Below, piece after piece: positions 26,783 to 35,702 of a DNA stretch of 64,000 nucleotides. A program made the position numbers and the translations under genes. The notes beneath the pieces are model-generated. The model searched no databases. It was not told where the DNA came from and saw nothing but the letters and a program-made list of their open reading frames with translations. Origin of the DNA: Flavobacteriales bacterium (lineage in GTDB: Bacteria; Bacteroidota; Bacteroidia; Flavobacteriales_G; Salibacteraceae); assembly GCA_018660685.1 (NCBI GenBank), contig JABJJW010000020.1, positions 44,257-108,256 on the forward strand. The letters run 5' to 3'. The first letter of the stretch is position 1, and every line of letters starts with the position of its first letter.

Positions 26783-28537
26783 ATGAAAAAGTTGGCATTT
26801 CTTCTATCTCTACTAAGCTCGACGGCTTTTGCTCAGACAAACATTCACTTCGCCAACCCCGAAGTCACGGACATAGTTGCCGGCGACTTTGATGAAGCAG
26901 ATTACGAGCCTTCCAACGTCTTTGATGATCCGCACGCCATCGCTGCTGAGCTGACCAATAGGATCAATCCAGATTCTCTCAAAAGTTATCTGGAAAAGAT
27001 GTCGTCGTTCGAAACACGACACACGAGTTCAGACACAATGAGTTCGACCCGAGGAATGGGCGCGGCACGTACATGGGCACTCAATAAATTTGATCAATTC
27101 AGTGCTCAAAATGAGAACAGATTGATCAGCAGCTACCTACAGTTTGACGAAAACATCTGCGATGTAACGCGGCATAAAAACATTGTTGCTGTCTTGCCTG
27201 GAATACCAAATATCGATTCGGTCATCGACCCATTTCCTCACTCTGTTGTCTTCATTGAAGCACACTTCGATAGTCGGTGCAATACGTCATGTGACACCGG
27301 TTGTGTCGCTAATGGAATGGAAGATAATGGCAGCGGTTCAGCCCTCGTTCTGGAGCTGGCTCGCATTATGTCGAAATACAAATTCAAGTCTACAATCCTG
27401 TTCATGCTAACTACGGGCGAGGAGCAAGGGTTGAATGGTTCTAATGCGATGGCACAGTATTGTGAGGACAACAACATCAACGTCCGAGCGGTGTTGAACA
27501 ACGATGTGATTGGAGGAATTACGTGTGGAGAAACCAGTTCACCACCATCTTGCCCAGGTCTCAATGACATTGACTCTACCCAAGTTCGGTTTTTCTCTGC
27601 TGGCATCTTCAATTCGCGCTATAAGCAACTTACGCGTTACGTCAAACTTCAGTACAAGGAAGAACTCGAAGAGCATGTAAAAGTGCCCATGGACTTAACC
27701 ATTATGAACGCGGAGGATCGAACAGGAAGAGGCGGTGACCACATTCCGTTTAGACAGCGAGGTTATTTGGCAATGCGATTTACATCCGCCAACGAACATG
27801 GTGACGCAGGAACTGCGGATACAAACTACCACGACCGACAACACACAAGTGATGACATCCTCGGGGTCGATACAGACAATGATGGTGATCTCGACAGCTT
27901 TTATGTTGATTTCAACTACCTGGCGAGAAATGCCGCCATCAACGCGAATGCTGCGACAATGTTGGCTCAGGATGTCTGTTCTGATCTAGGGTTTGAGGTG
28001 GTTCAAAAGAATTGGCATCAGGTCACAGTACAGATTGGGGGAGATTGGTGTGCTGAAGGACCTTTTAGAATTGCATATCGCACAGAAACGAATGATTGGG
28101 ACACTTTGGTGACGACAGATCAATACTCAACAGATGTGGAAGTAACCCCCGGAAATATTCACTTCTTCAGTGTTTGTCGTCTCAACAGCGAGGGGATTGA
28201 AAGTCTGTTTACAGGAGAGCAGTTCATCGACATCGTCGGAGTAGACGAGCCTAATTTTGGAAGTGGCATTAAGCTGTTGCAGAATAAACCGAACCCGTTT
28301 GATGAGACCACATCCATCAGCTACATCGTTTACGACATGCCGCAAAATTCACAGGCAACAATCGTGGTTCGAGGTGTAAACGGACGAATTGTTTCAAGCA
28401 TTAAATCAAAGGTGCAGCCAGGCGTAAATGAAGTGTTGTACGATCACGGATATGGCCAGCAAGGAACCTTCTTCTATTCCCTTATGATTGATGGGAAAGA
28501 GTTGGCGACTAAGAAGATGGTGTTTGTAGCGAACTGA
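26783..28537 (+). CDS. M28 family metallopeptidase with a T9SS type-A sorting domain
   Basis: 584 aa with a signal peptide. Zinc-ligand blocks EAHFDS, MEDNGSGSALVLELAR, TTGEEQGLNGS and GGDHIPF. C-terminal NKPNPFDETTSISY. Confidence 0.85.
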   Translation: MKKLAFLLSLLSSTAFAQTNIHFANPEVTDIVAGDFDEADYEPSNVFDDPHAIAAELTNRINPDSLKSYLEKMSSFETRHTSSDTMSSTRGMGAARTWALNKFDQFSAQNENRLISSYLQFDENICDVTRHKNIVAVLPGIPNIDSVIDPFPHSVVFIEAHFDSRCNTSCDTGCVANGMEDNGSGSALVLELARIMSKYKFKSTILFMLTTGEEQGLNGSNAMAQYCEDNNINVRAVLNNDVIGGITCGETSSPPSCPGLNDIDSTQVRFFSAGIFNSRYKQLTRYVKLQYKEELEEHVKVPMDLTIMNAEDRTGRGGDHIPFRQRGYLAMRFTSANEHGDAGTADTNYHDRQHTSDDILGVDTDNDGDLDSFYVDFNYLARNAAINANAATMLAQDVCSDLGFEVVQKNWHQVTVQIGGDWCAEGPFRIAYRTETNDWDTLVTTDQYSTDVEVTPGNIHFFSVCRLNSEGIESLFTGEQFIDIVGVDEPNFGSGIKLLQNKPNPFDETTSISYIVYDMPQNSQATIVVRGVNGRIVSSIKSKVQPGVNEVLYDHGYGQQGTFFYSLMIDGKELATKKMVFVAN

Positions 28538-29118
28538 TGGATTTGAGAATCCGCATACTCGGGGTGCTATTTATTTGTTCATTTAGTTGTGGAGGCCAAA
28601 CTGAAATTGGAAGCAGTATTGGCTTCGTCGCGCCTATTGTAGATGATCATAGTCGATATGTGCCCGTAATATTTCCGGGAGGTTATGTCATCCAATCGAT
28701 CGAAGATAAAATTGCATTGAAATTCGAGGTTAGTTCTGTTCGCTTCTCTGAACGAGAGATGAATACAAACTGTTACGATTGTGGTAGTAGACGTTTGAGT
28801 ATAAGAGGCATTGACATTAGCGCAGGATTAATTTTCATGATGAGCCCTAATGACCGGCGCTTTGGGTTTGATTTCATGTCGTCTATAGGTGTATTCCATT
28901 ACTCGGGAGCATACACTTATTATAACCATGCTTGGGGGTTCAGCTCAGGACTAGGATGGTTGGACAACACATTCAGTTATTACGAACCTGGTTTAGCCTT
29001 TAGGTTTTCCCCTCTACCTTCATTAGTTATCAGATTAGGGGCTGGGGCTAGAATTGGATGGAACGCAATAAGCGATTGGAAATCTGGTTCAACGAGATCA
29101 GCTCAGAGCAATTCTTAG
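28537..29118 (+). CDS. Hypothetical secreted or outer-membrane beta-rich protein
   Basis: 193 aa with a signal peptide and alternating aromatic/Gly-rich segments. Its ATG shares one nt with the peptidase TGA. Confidence 0.45.
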   Translation: MDLRIRILGVLFICSFSCGGQTEIGSSIGFVAPIVDDHSRYVPVIFPGGYVIQSIEDKIALKFEVSSVRFSEREMNTNCYDCGSRRLSIRGIDISAGLIFMMSPNDRRFGFDFMSSIGVFHYSGAYTYYNHAWGFSSGLGWLDNTFSYYEPGLAFRFSPLPSLVIRLGAGARIGWNAISDWKSGSTRSAQSNS

Positions 29119-29175
29119 AAATTCCAAAATGTATATGAATGGAACGGATTAAACACAGTATTTGAGCCACCATAT

Positions 29176-29802
29176 TTAAGCTTCGGCTGGCTCTTCGGAG
29201 CTTGATTCCTCCTCATCGAAAAAACGCTTTTGCCAGATGATGATCATGGCAATTCCTACTGTGATTGCTGAGTCCGCAATATTGAAAACAGGTCGGAAAA
29301 ACAGAAATGGCTCGCCACCCCAGAATGGAAACCAATCTGGAAATGTCCCAGAGAGAATAGGGAAGTAGAGCATGTCCACGACCTTTCCAAATAAGAATGG
29401 AGCATATCCACCTTCCTCAGGCATGAATTCAGAAATCTGATGATAGCTGTCATTGAACACGAGCCCGTAAATCGCAGAGTCTAGGATGTTTCCCAAAGCT
29501 CCCGCGAAAATTAAGGATCCAGCTGTGATCAAGCCGGGTTTGGCACCCTGCTTAGCAGTTTTAAAAAGGTAGTATCCGATGACGGTAACGGCGATGATTC
29601 GAAAGACAGAAAGTGCAATCTTTCCCCAGTCACCTCCGAACTCCATGCCGAAGGCCATGCCGTTGTTCTCGGTAAAGTGTATGATGAACCAGTTTCCCAT
29701 GACAGAGAACTCCTGTCCGAGATACATGTTCGTTTTGATCCAGATTTTAAGCGCTTGGTCTGCCGCGAGGACAGTAAGTACGATGGCGAGAGCTTTCTTC
29801 AA
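29176..29802 (-). CDS. lspA: Lipoprotein signal peptidase (signal peptidase II)
   Basis: 208 aa and multi-TM, with NNGMAFG and FNIADSAITVG blocks. Confidence 0.9.
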   Translation of the reverse strand: MKKALAIVLTVLAADQALKIWIKTNMYLGQEFSVMGNWFIIHFTENNGMAFGMEFGGDWGKIALSVFRIIAVTVIGYYLFKTAKQGAKPGLITAGSLIFAGALGNILDSAIYGLVFNDSYHQISEFMPEEGGYAPFLFGKVVDMLYFPILSGTFPDWFPFWGGEPFLFFRPVFNIADSAITVGIAMIIIWQKRFFDEEESSSEEPAEA

Positions 29803-29811
29803 GGCAGAAGT

Positions 29812-30195
29812 CTACGTCTGTTGTTTCTTCGCTTCGATGCTTAGGGTAGCATGAGGAACGATGCGTAAACGCTCCTTAGAAATAAGCTTGTTTGTGACTC
29901 TGCATATTCCGTATGTCTTATTCTCAATACGGATGAGAGCATCGTTCAAGTGCTTGATGAACTTTTCTTGACGGGCAGCGAGCTGGGCTGTTTCTTCTCT
30001 TGAAAGCACATCAGACCCATCTTCAATTAGTTTAAACGTTGGCGAGGTATCGTCCGTCCCATTGTCATCTTTCAATGACATAGTTGCGTTGAGCAAATCA
30101 AGATCGTTCTTGGCTTCAGCCAATTTAGAAATGATGATTGCCTTGAATTCTTTCAATTCAGTGTCATTGTATCGTGTCTTCTCTTTCGCTGCCAT
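29812..30195 (-). CDS. DksA/TraR-like protein with a degenerate zinc finger
   Basis: 127 aa. Coiled-coil N-half and C-terminal YGICRVTNKLISKERLRIVPHATLS retaining only one Cys. Sits between ileS and lspA. Confidence 0.65.
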   Translation of the reverse strand: MAAKEKTRYNDTELKEFKAIIISKLAEAKNDLDLLNATMSLKDDNGTDDTSPTFKLIEDGSDVLSREETAQLAARQEKFIKHLNDALIRIENKTYGICRVTNKLISKERLRIVPHATLSIEAKKQQT

Positions 30196-30208
30196 GTCTC
30201 CTCGTTAC

Positions 30209-33200
30209 TTAAACTTTCTGGATATAAATCTTGGTTAACAAACCTTCTTCAACTTCAACTTCGAGCGCTTGATCTTCAGTGATCGAATCTTTCAAAATCA
30301 GCTCTGAAGCTAGCGTTTCCGCACAAATATAATTTTTATTGATATTGACTGCCTGCTCAATTTCTGGCTGGTTTTCAACGAACAATTCTATGCGATCAGT
30401 TACGTCCAAACCAGTGTCTTTTCTTAGGTTCTGAATTCGGTTGACAAGCTCTCGCGCAATCCCCTCAGAGCGCAGCTGAGCTGAGATTGTTATGTCGAGT
30501 GCGACCGTCATATTTCCCTCTGATGCAACAATCCAACCGGGGATGTCTTTGGTTGAAATTTCAACATCTTCAGCTGCCAAGTCAAATGATTCTCCTCCTA
30601 GATCGAGCGCGATATGACCGTCTCGTTCGAGTGTCTGAATTTCATCTTGGCCAAATGAGCCGACTTGTGCACTTAAGAGCTTCATGTTCTTTCCAACTTT
30701 TGGACCGAGTGCTTTGAAATTGGGCTTGATGCTTTTGACAAAGACTCCATCATCCATTACGTACTCAAGCTCTTTAATGTTCACCTCGCTAAGAATCAAA
30801 GACTCAACTTCTCTCAGATGCTTCTCAAAATTGTCATCGACAATTGGGACCATTATTTTTTGAAGCGGCTGGCGCACCTTGATTCCTTCCTTCTTGCGAA
30901 GGGACAGAACGAGTGAAGAAGCTGTTTGAGCCAGGGCCATTCTTTCTTCTAAATCCGAATCAATTACAGATTGGTTAACCTCAGGCCATTTCGCAATATG
31001 CACAGAATCCTCACTCTCCATCTCCGTGATTGAGTTGAGATCATTGAATAGGTTATCTGAATAGAATGGTGCAATCGGCGCACTCAATTTTGAGATGGTG
31101 ATCAAACATTGATACAGCGTTTGATATGCCGATATTTTGTCTTCAGTGTACTCCCCTTTCCAGAAACGTCTTCTGCACAATCGTACGTACCAGTTGCTTA
31201 GTTCGTCCACCACAAAATCTTGGATAGCTCTCCCTGCCCGGGTTGGTTCGTAATTCTCATACGACTCCTCGACGTCCTTGACCAGTGAGTTGAGACGTGA
31301 AAGAACCCAGCGATCAATTTCGGGTCGGTTAGCGACATCGATTGAAGCCTCCGAATGGTTGAATCCATCAACGTTGGCGTATAGCGCAAAGAAGGCGTAA
31401 GTGTTGTGCAGTGCTCTGAAGTACTTCCGCTGAACTTCGGTAATTCCTTCTTCGTCAAATTTCAAATTGTCCCAAGGCGGAGCATTGGTAATCATGTACC
31501 AACGCGTGGCATCGGCGCCATACTTGGCCATGGTTTCGAATGGATCAGCTGCGTTGCCCAATCTCTTAGACATCTTCAATCCTTTCTTGTCGAGAACCAG
31601 TCCATTGCTGACCACATTCTTGTACGCCACAGAACCCTTGATCATGGTGCTGATTGCGTGAAGTGTGTAAAACCAACCCCTAGTCTGGTCAACGCCTTCA
31701 GCAATAAAGTCAGCAGGATAGGAATGCCCATTGTCCACTAATTCCTTGTTTTCAAATGGATAGTGCCATTGCGCGAATGGCATAGCACCACTGTCAAACC
31801 ACACATCAATCAGGTCAAGCTCTCGTGCCAAAACTTGCCCATTTCGATAGAAGATGACAAAGTCTACAAACGGTCGGTGAAGGTCAAGCTGTTCAGCTGG
31901 AAGAGATGAGAGAAAGACTATTTTCTTCTCTCTGATCAGATTGTTCCAATGCTCATTAACGTCGCCACCAGCCAACCTCATTTCACCGAGGAATTTTCGT
32001 AATGACTGGCCTTCAAATCGATTTCCTTTTTCGTCGATGCAACCCTCTGTGATGAAGTAGGCATTCTTTTCTTGGAATTCGGCGATCGCTCCAACGCATT
32101 CCTCTTGTAATGGACCATAAGGTCCGGTTCTCCAAATTGGAAGCGGGGTTCCCCAATAGCGCGATCGGCTCAAGTTCCAATCATTCAGATTTTCGAGCCA
32201 ATTCCCAAACCGCCCGGTTCCTGTGCTTGCAGGCTTCCAATTGATCGTGTTATTCAATTCGATCATTTTGGACTTGGCGTCGGTGGCTTTGATGAACCAC
32301 GAGTCGAGAGGATAGTACAGAATCGGTTTATCCGTTCTCCAACAATGAGGATAGTTGTGCTGATACTTCTCTACTTTGAATGCCTTTCCTTCCAGCTTCA
32401 ATTTGAGAGAAATGCGTTCATCGACACTTAAATAATTGCTCAGGTTTGGTATGATGTCCTTAAGTGATTCCTTTTGTGCTTCAAAAGCTGCAGCTTTCTG
32501 ATCGTCGGTTAGGTACTCCGCTTTTACCGGCTCGCCAGCCAACCCCCAGACGTCGTCCTTCACTTCTGAAACGAATCGACCTTGTAAGTCAACCAACGGA
32601 ACTGGATCACCATTTTCATTTGGGATCAGCAGTCCAGGAATACCGGCGGCTTGGGCCACTCGCATGTCATCTGCTCCAAATGTCGGCGCAGTATGCACGA
32701 CCCCGGTTCCGTCCTCGGTAGTCACAAAATCGCCAGCAATTACTTGGAATGCATTTTCTTGATCCTCCATGGGCTGAGCGTACGGCAAAAGCTGCTCGTA
32801 TCGTAAACCAACCAATGATTCTCCTTTGAAACGCTCGATGACGCGGTAAGGCAGAAGTTTGTCGGAAGCCTCATAACTCATATCCGCCTCTTCACCCTCT
32901 GGTTTGAAGTGCTTGGATATCAAAGCCTCTGCAAGCACGATTTTTTGGGGTGTTGCAGTGTAAGGGTTGAACGTGTCAACAAGCACATAATCAATCTTCG
33001 AACCAACCGTCAAGGCGGTGTTTGAAGGAAGCGTCCAAGGTGTGGTCGTCCACGCCATGATATTCATGACGCCTTCTTCGATGGCACTTAAAATAGCGGG
33101 TATGCGACCATTGTCTTGAGTTACTTTGAATAGGGCTACGGCAGAGGTGTCTTTTACGTCTTGGTACGTTCCGGGAAGATTGAGTTCATGCGAACTCAGA

Positions 33201-33766
33201 CCGGTGCCGGCTGCTGGTGAGTAAGGCTGAATGGTGTAGCCTTTGTACATCAGTCCTTTTTGGTAAAGTTGTGAGAGAAGCCACCAAACCGATTCGATGT
33301 ATTCGTTTTCATAGGTGACGTATGGGTCATCCATGTCAACCCAATAACCCATTTTTTCGGTCACGTCACGCCACTGATCAGTGTAGCGCATTACCGCTTC
33401 GCGGCACGCTTTGTTGTACTCGTCAATTGAGATTTTGGTACCGATGTCTTCTTTGGTGATTCCAAGTTCTTTCTCAACACCGAGCTCCACTGGAAGGCCG
33501 TGAGTATCCCATCCGCCTTTTCGATTAACTAGGAATCCTTTCTGAGTTTTGTATCGGCAGAATAAATCCTTGATGGTTCTAGCCATCACGTGATGAATGC
33601 CGGGCATTCCATTCGCAGAAGGTGGGCCTTCGTAGAAAACGTACGTCTCTTGACCCTCACGTTCAGTGAGACTCTTCTCGAAAGTTTTCTCTTCCTGCCA
33701 CTTCACCAACACTTCTTCCGCGATGTTCGGAAGCTTTAATCCGTCGTACTCTTTAAATGCTTTCAT
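30209..33766 (-). CDS. ileS: Isoleucine--tRNA ligase (long, type 2 form)
   Basis: 1185 aa with HIGH-type PSANGMPGIHH, the KMSKRLGN (KMSKS) motif and an editing-domain insertion. Confidence 0.95.
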   Translation of the reverse strand: MKAFKEYDGLKLPNIAEEVLVKWQEEKTFEKSLTEREGQETYVFYEGPPSANGMPGIHHVMARTIKDLFCRYKTQKGFLVNRKGGWDTHGLPVELGVEKELGITKEDIGTKISIDEYNKACREAVMRYTDQWRDVTEKMGYWVDMDDPYVTYENEYIESVWWLLSQLYQKGLMYKGYTIQPYSPAAGTGLSSHELNLPGTYQDVKDTSAVALFKVTQDNGRIPAILSAIEEGVMNIMAWTTTPWTLPSNTALTVGSKIDYVLVDTFNPYTATPQKIVLAEALISKHFKPEGEEADMSYEASDKLLPYRVIERFKGESLVGLRYEQLLPYAQPMEDQENAFQVIAGDFVTTEDGTGVVHTAPTFGADDMRVAQAAGIPGLLIPNENGDPVPLVDLQGRFVSEVKDDVWGLAGEPVKAEYLTDDQKAAAFEAQKESLKDIIPNLSNYLSVDERISLKLKLEGKAFKVEKYQHNYPHCWRTDKPILYYPLDSWFIKATDAKSKMIELNNTINWKPASTGTGRFGNWLENLNDWNLSRSRYWGTPLPIWRTGPYGPLQEECVGAIAEFQEKNAYFITEGCIDEKGNRFEGQSLRKFLGEMRLAGGDVNEHWNNLIREKKIVFLSSLPAEQLDLHRPFVDFVIFYRNGQVLARELDLIDVWFDSGAMPFAQWHYPFENKELVDNGHSYPADFIAEGVDQTRGWFYTLHAISTMIKGSVAYKNVVSNGLVLDKKGLKMSKRLGNAADPFETMAKYGADATRWYMITNAPPWDNLKFDEEGITEVQRKYFRALHNTYAFFALYANVDGFNHSEASIDVANRPEIDRWVLSRLNSLVKDVEESYENYEPTRAGRAIQDFVVDELSNWYVRLCRRRFWKGEYTEDKISAYQTLYQCLITISKLSAPIAPFYSDNLFNDLNSITEMESEDSVHIAKWPEVNQSVIDSDLEERMALAQTASSLVLSLRKKEGIKVRQPLQKIMVPIVDDNFEKHLREVESLILSEVNIKELEYVMDDGVFVKSIKPNFKALGPKVGKNMKLLSAQVGSFGQDEIQTLERDGHIALDLGGESFDLAAEDVEISTKDIPGWIVASEGNMTVALDITISAQLRSEGIARELVNRIQNLRKDTGLDVTDRIELFVENQPEIEQAVNINKNYICAETLASELILKDSITEDQALEVEVEEGLLTKIYIQKV

Positions 33767-33798
33767 TTCAGCTCTCTAGCCTCGATTTTCAAAGGCCG

Positions 33799-33806
33799 CA
33801 AAGGTA
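33799..33806 (-). promoter_or_regulatory. -7 box TACCTTTG upstream of ileS
   Basis: Exact TAnnTTTG on the minus strand. The ATG begins 33 nt downstream (33766). Confidence 0.35.
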
Positions 33807-33884
33807 GCACGCTGATTTGATGAAAACTGAGATATCTGAGGATTATAAGTACGGACTTGAAAGAGAGAAAAAAGAGGAGTTTCT

Positions 33885-34223
33885 TTAAGAAGCGCACCTC
33901 ACACAATAAGGGCTTTCGGGCTTCAATATCAATCTGCCGGGAGGGATTTCATTTCCGCATCTCGCGCAATTTCCAAAGTCCGGATCATCAATGTGATCTT
34001 TCATGTGGATGAGTTTAGTGAGTTTGTCTTCAGCCGTCCTTAATGCCGCCTCAACAATAGTCCTGTTGTTAATGGCATCCATTCGAGAGATGCGTCCAAT
34101 GGCGTCATCTGGCGCAATAGGACCAGCACTTTTTTTGTACTCCTCAATAATGGCGGTCGTTTTCTCAATTTCCCTTTCCAGGAGTCCGAGTATTTCGTCC
34201 CTGCCTAATTCTTTCATTACCAA
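33885..34223 (-). CDS. DksA/TraR family C4-type zinc-finger protein
   Basis: 112 aa with an intact CARCGNEIPPGRL...PYCVRC four-Cys finger. Confidence 0.75.
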   Translation of the reverse strand: MVMKELGRDEILGLLEREIEKTTAIIEEYKKSAGPIAPDDAIGRISRMDAINNRTIVEAALRTAEDKLTKLIHMKDHIDDPDFGNCARCGNEIPPGRLILKPESPYCVRCAS

Positions 34224-34597
34224 AGAATGGATTGAAAGTACAGTCGATCCGGGCGGATTTCAAAATTCATGAAGAATGATTCTTGCCCCTCTCCTTGAGG
34301 TTCCACAGTCATGGTGAAAACCGCGGGGTCCGAAATGTCAACCGAATAAAGATAGTCGTGCTCCACCGTGCGAATACAGTGATACCCTTCTACCCAAATA
34401 ACCAACTGGTCAACGACTTGATTGAACCCCAGACCTTGCTTGTACTTTGTGTGATCTATGGTCAACAAGGCCGAATCCATAGACATACCAATCCCCTTTA
34501 CATCCTTAGATGCAACCATCTCACACAATGAAGTCTGTGCACTCAATCCTGTAGCGAGAGCAAAGAAAAATATGGTCGTATAGATGAATTTCATCAA
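34217..34597 (-). CDS. Hypothetical secreted protein
   Basis: 126 aa with a signal peptide. No family recognised. Confidence 0.45.
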   Translation of the reverse strand: MMKFIYTTIFFFALATGLSAQTSLCEMVASKDVKGIGMSMDSALLTIDHTKYKQGLGFNQVVDQLVIWVEGYHCIRTVEHDYLYSVDISDPAVFTMTVEPQGEGQESFFMNFEIRPDRLYFQSILW

Positions 34598-35026
34598 TCA
34601 ATCAATCATAGCAATGCACTTAAGTTCAATCGCAATTGGCGTTGGTAGGGAATTAATTTCTACGGTAGTTCGACAAGGTTGGTTGTCCTTGAAGTATTCT
34701 GCATACACGCGATTATAAACGTGAAAATCTCGTTTCATATTGACTAGAAATACTGTTACGTCCACGAGCTCATCCCAACTGGAACCAGAATCGTCAAGAA
34801 TGATTTTGACATTATCGAAAACAGAGCGACACTGAGCCTCAAAATCAAAGGCCTTAAAGTTGCCGTTATGATCGAGTTCTAGCCCCGGTACTCCACTGTC
34901 ATTGGCATCAGAACCGGCGGTTCTTGGACCCACTCCAGAAAGAAATAGCAGGTTACCAACCTTTCGTGCATGTGGATATGATCCCACCGGTTTAGGCGCG
35001 TTGGACGAGCTTATTTTGTCAGACAT
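34598..35026 (-). CDS. ridA: RidA/YjgF family reactive-intermediate deaminase
   Basis: 142 aa with APKPVGSYPHA, LFLSG and PCRTTVEI blocks. Confidence 0.8.
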   Translation of the reverse strand: MSDKISSSNAPKPVGSYPHARKVGNLLFLSGVGPRTAGSDANDSGVPGLELDHNGNFKAFDFEAQCRSVFDNVKIILDDSGSSWDELVDVTVFLVNMKRDFHVYNRVYAEYFKDNQPCRTTVEINSLPTPIAIELKCIAMID

Positions 35027-35057
35027 AGATAACGTATTGATTTACAAAGATCGAGCT

Positions 35058-35702
35058 TCATACTTCCCACTCAAAAATGTTGTTGTTTGCAATCGCAAAT
35101 ATGCGATCTGATTTTCGTGGATTCCGTTTGGCTAAGCCGGTTAGAGCGCCAAACGCGGGAAGACAAAAATGTGTTTTACTGAGATGAAAACAGGGTAGCA
35201 TCACGCTCTGCTTGCCTCGACCTTGCAATTTTATGCCTGGATGGATGTGACCATGCATATTGATTAACCATGCTGGGACTTCATCCAAGGGCTCGTGGGT
35301 CATCAAGAACTTTCCAATCTGCTTTTGATCACACACCTCAAAATCTAAGGAGTGATATACTGCTCGTTCCAGAATGTCATGGTTGCCCAACACAAGTTCG
35401 AAATGAATTTCAGGAAATTGGGTCGTTATCATTCTCAATTCATCGATTTCAGAATTACTGGAGCTGTGAAATAAATCACCGAGCACAATGAGTTCGTTGG
35501 GCTGTTCATTTTGAAGAAGGTGTAAAAGGTTTAGCTGGTCCGCTTCACGCGCGTGTGGAGGAACTGGCAGACCGGCCTTCCTAAAATGCATGGTTTTCCC
35601 AAGATGTAGATCCGCTATGACGAGGGCACCCCCGATTCTCAAGTAGCGATTGTGGAGAGTCACGCCAAGGTCATTTAACACAGGAGTTTCCAAATCTATC
35701 AT
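35058..35702 (-). CDS. pdeM: Ligase-associated DNA damage response metallophosphoesterase PdeM
   Basis: 214 aa with ADLHLGK, GDLFHS, GNHD and GHIHPG blocks. Confidence 0.8.
   Translation of the reverse strand: MIDLETPVLNDLGVTLHNRYLRIGGALVIADLHLGKTMHFRKAGLPVPPHAREADQLNLLHLLQNEQPNELIVLGDLFHSSSNSEIDELRMITTQFPEIHFELVLGNHDILERAVYHSLDFEVCDQKQIGKFLMTHEPLDEVPAWLINMHGHIHPGIKLQGRGKQSVMLPCFHLSKTHFCLPAFGALTGLAKRNPRKSDRIFAIANNNIFEWEV

Noticed and set aside
33767-33884. T-box or other riboswitch leader upstream of ileS (and likewise tyrS, 46203-46252)
   Set aside because: With the -7 boxes I can place, the leaders are only about 27 nt and about 16 nt. That is far too short for a T-box, and no specifier or antiterminator architecture is visible.
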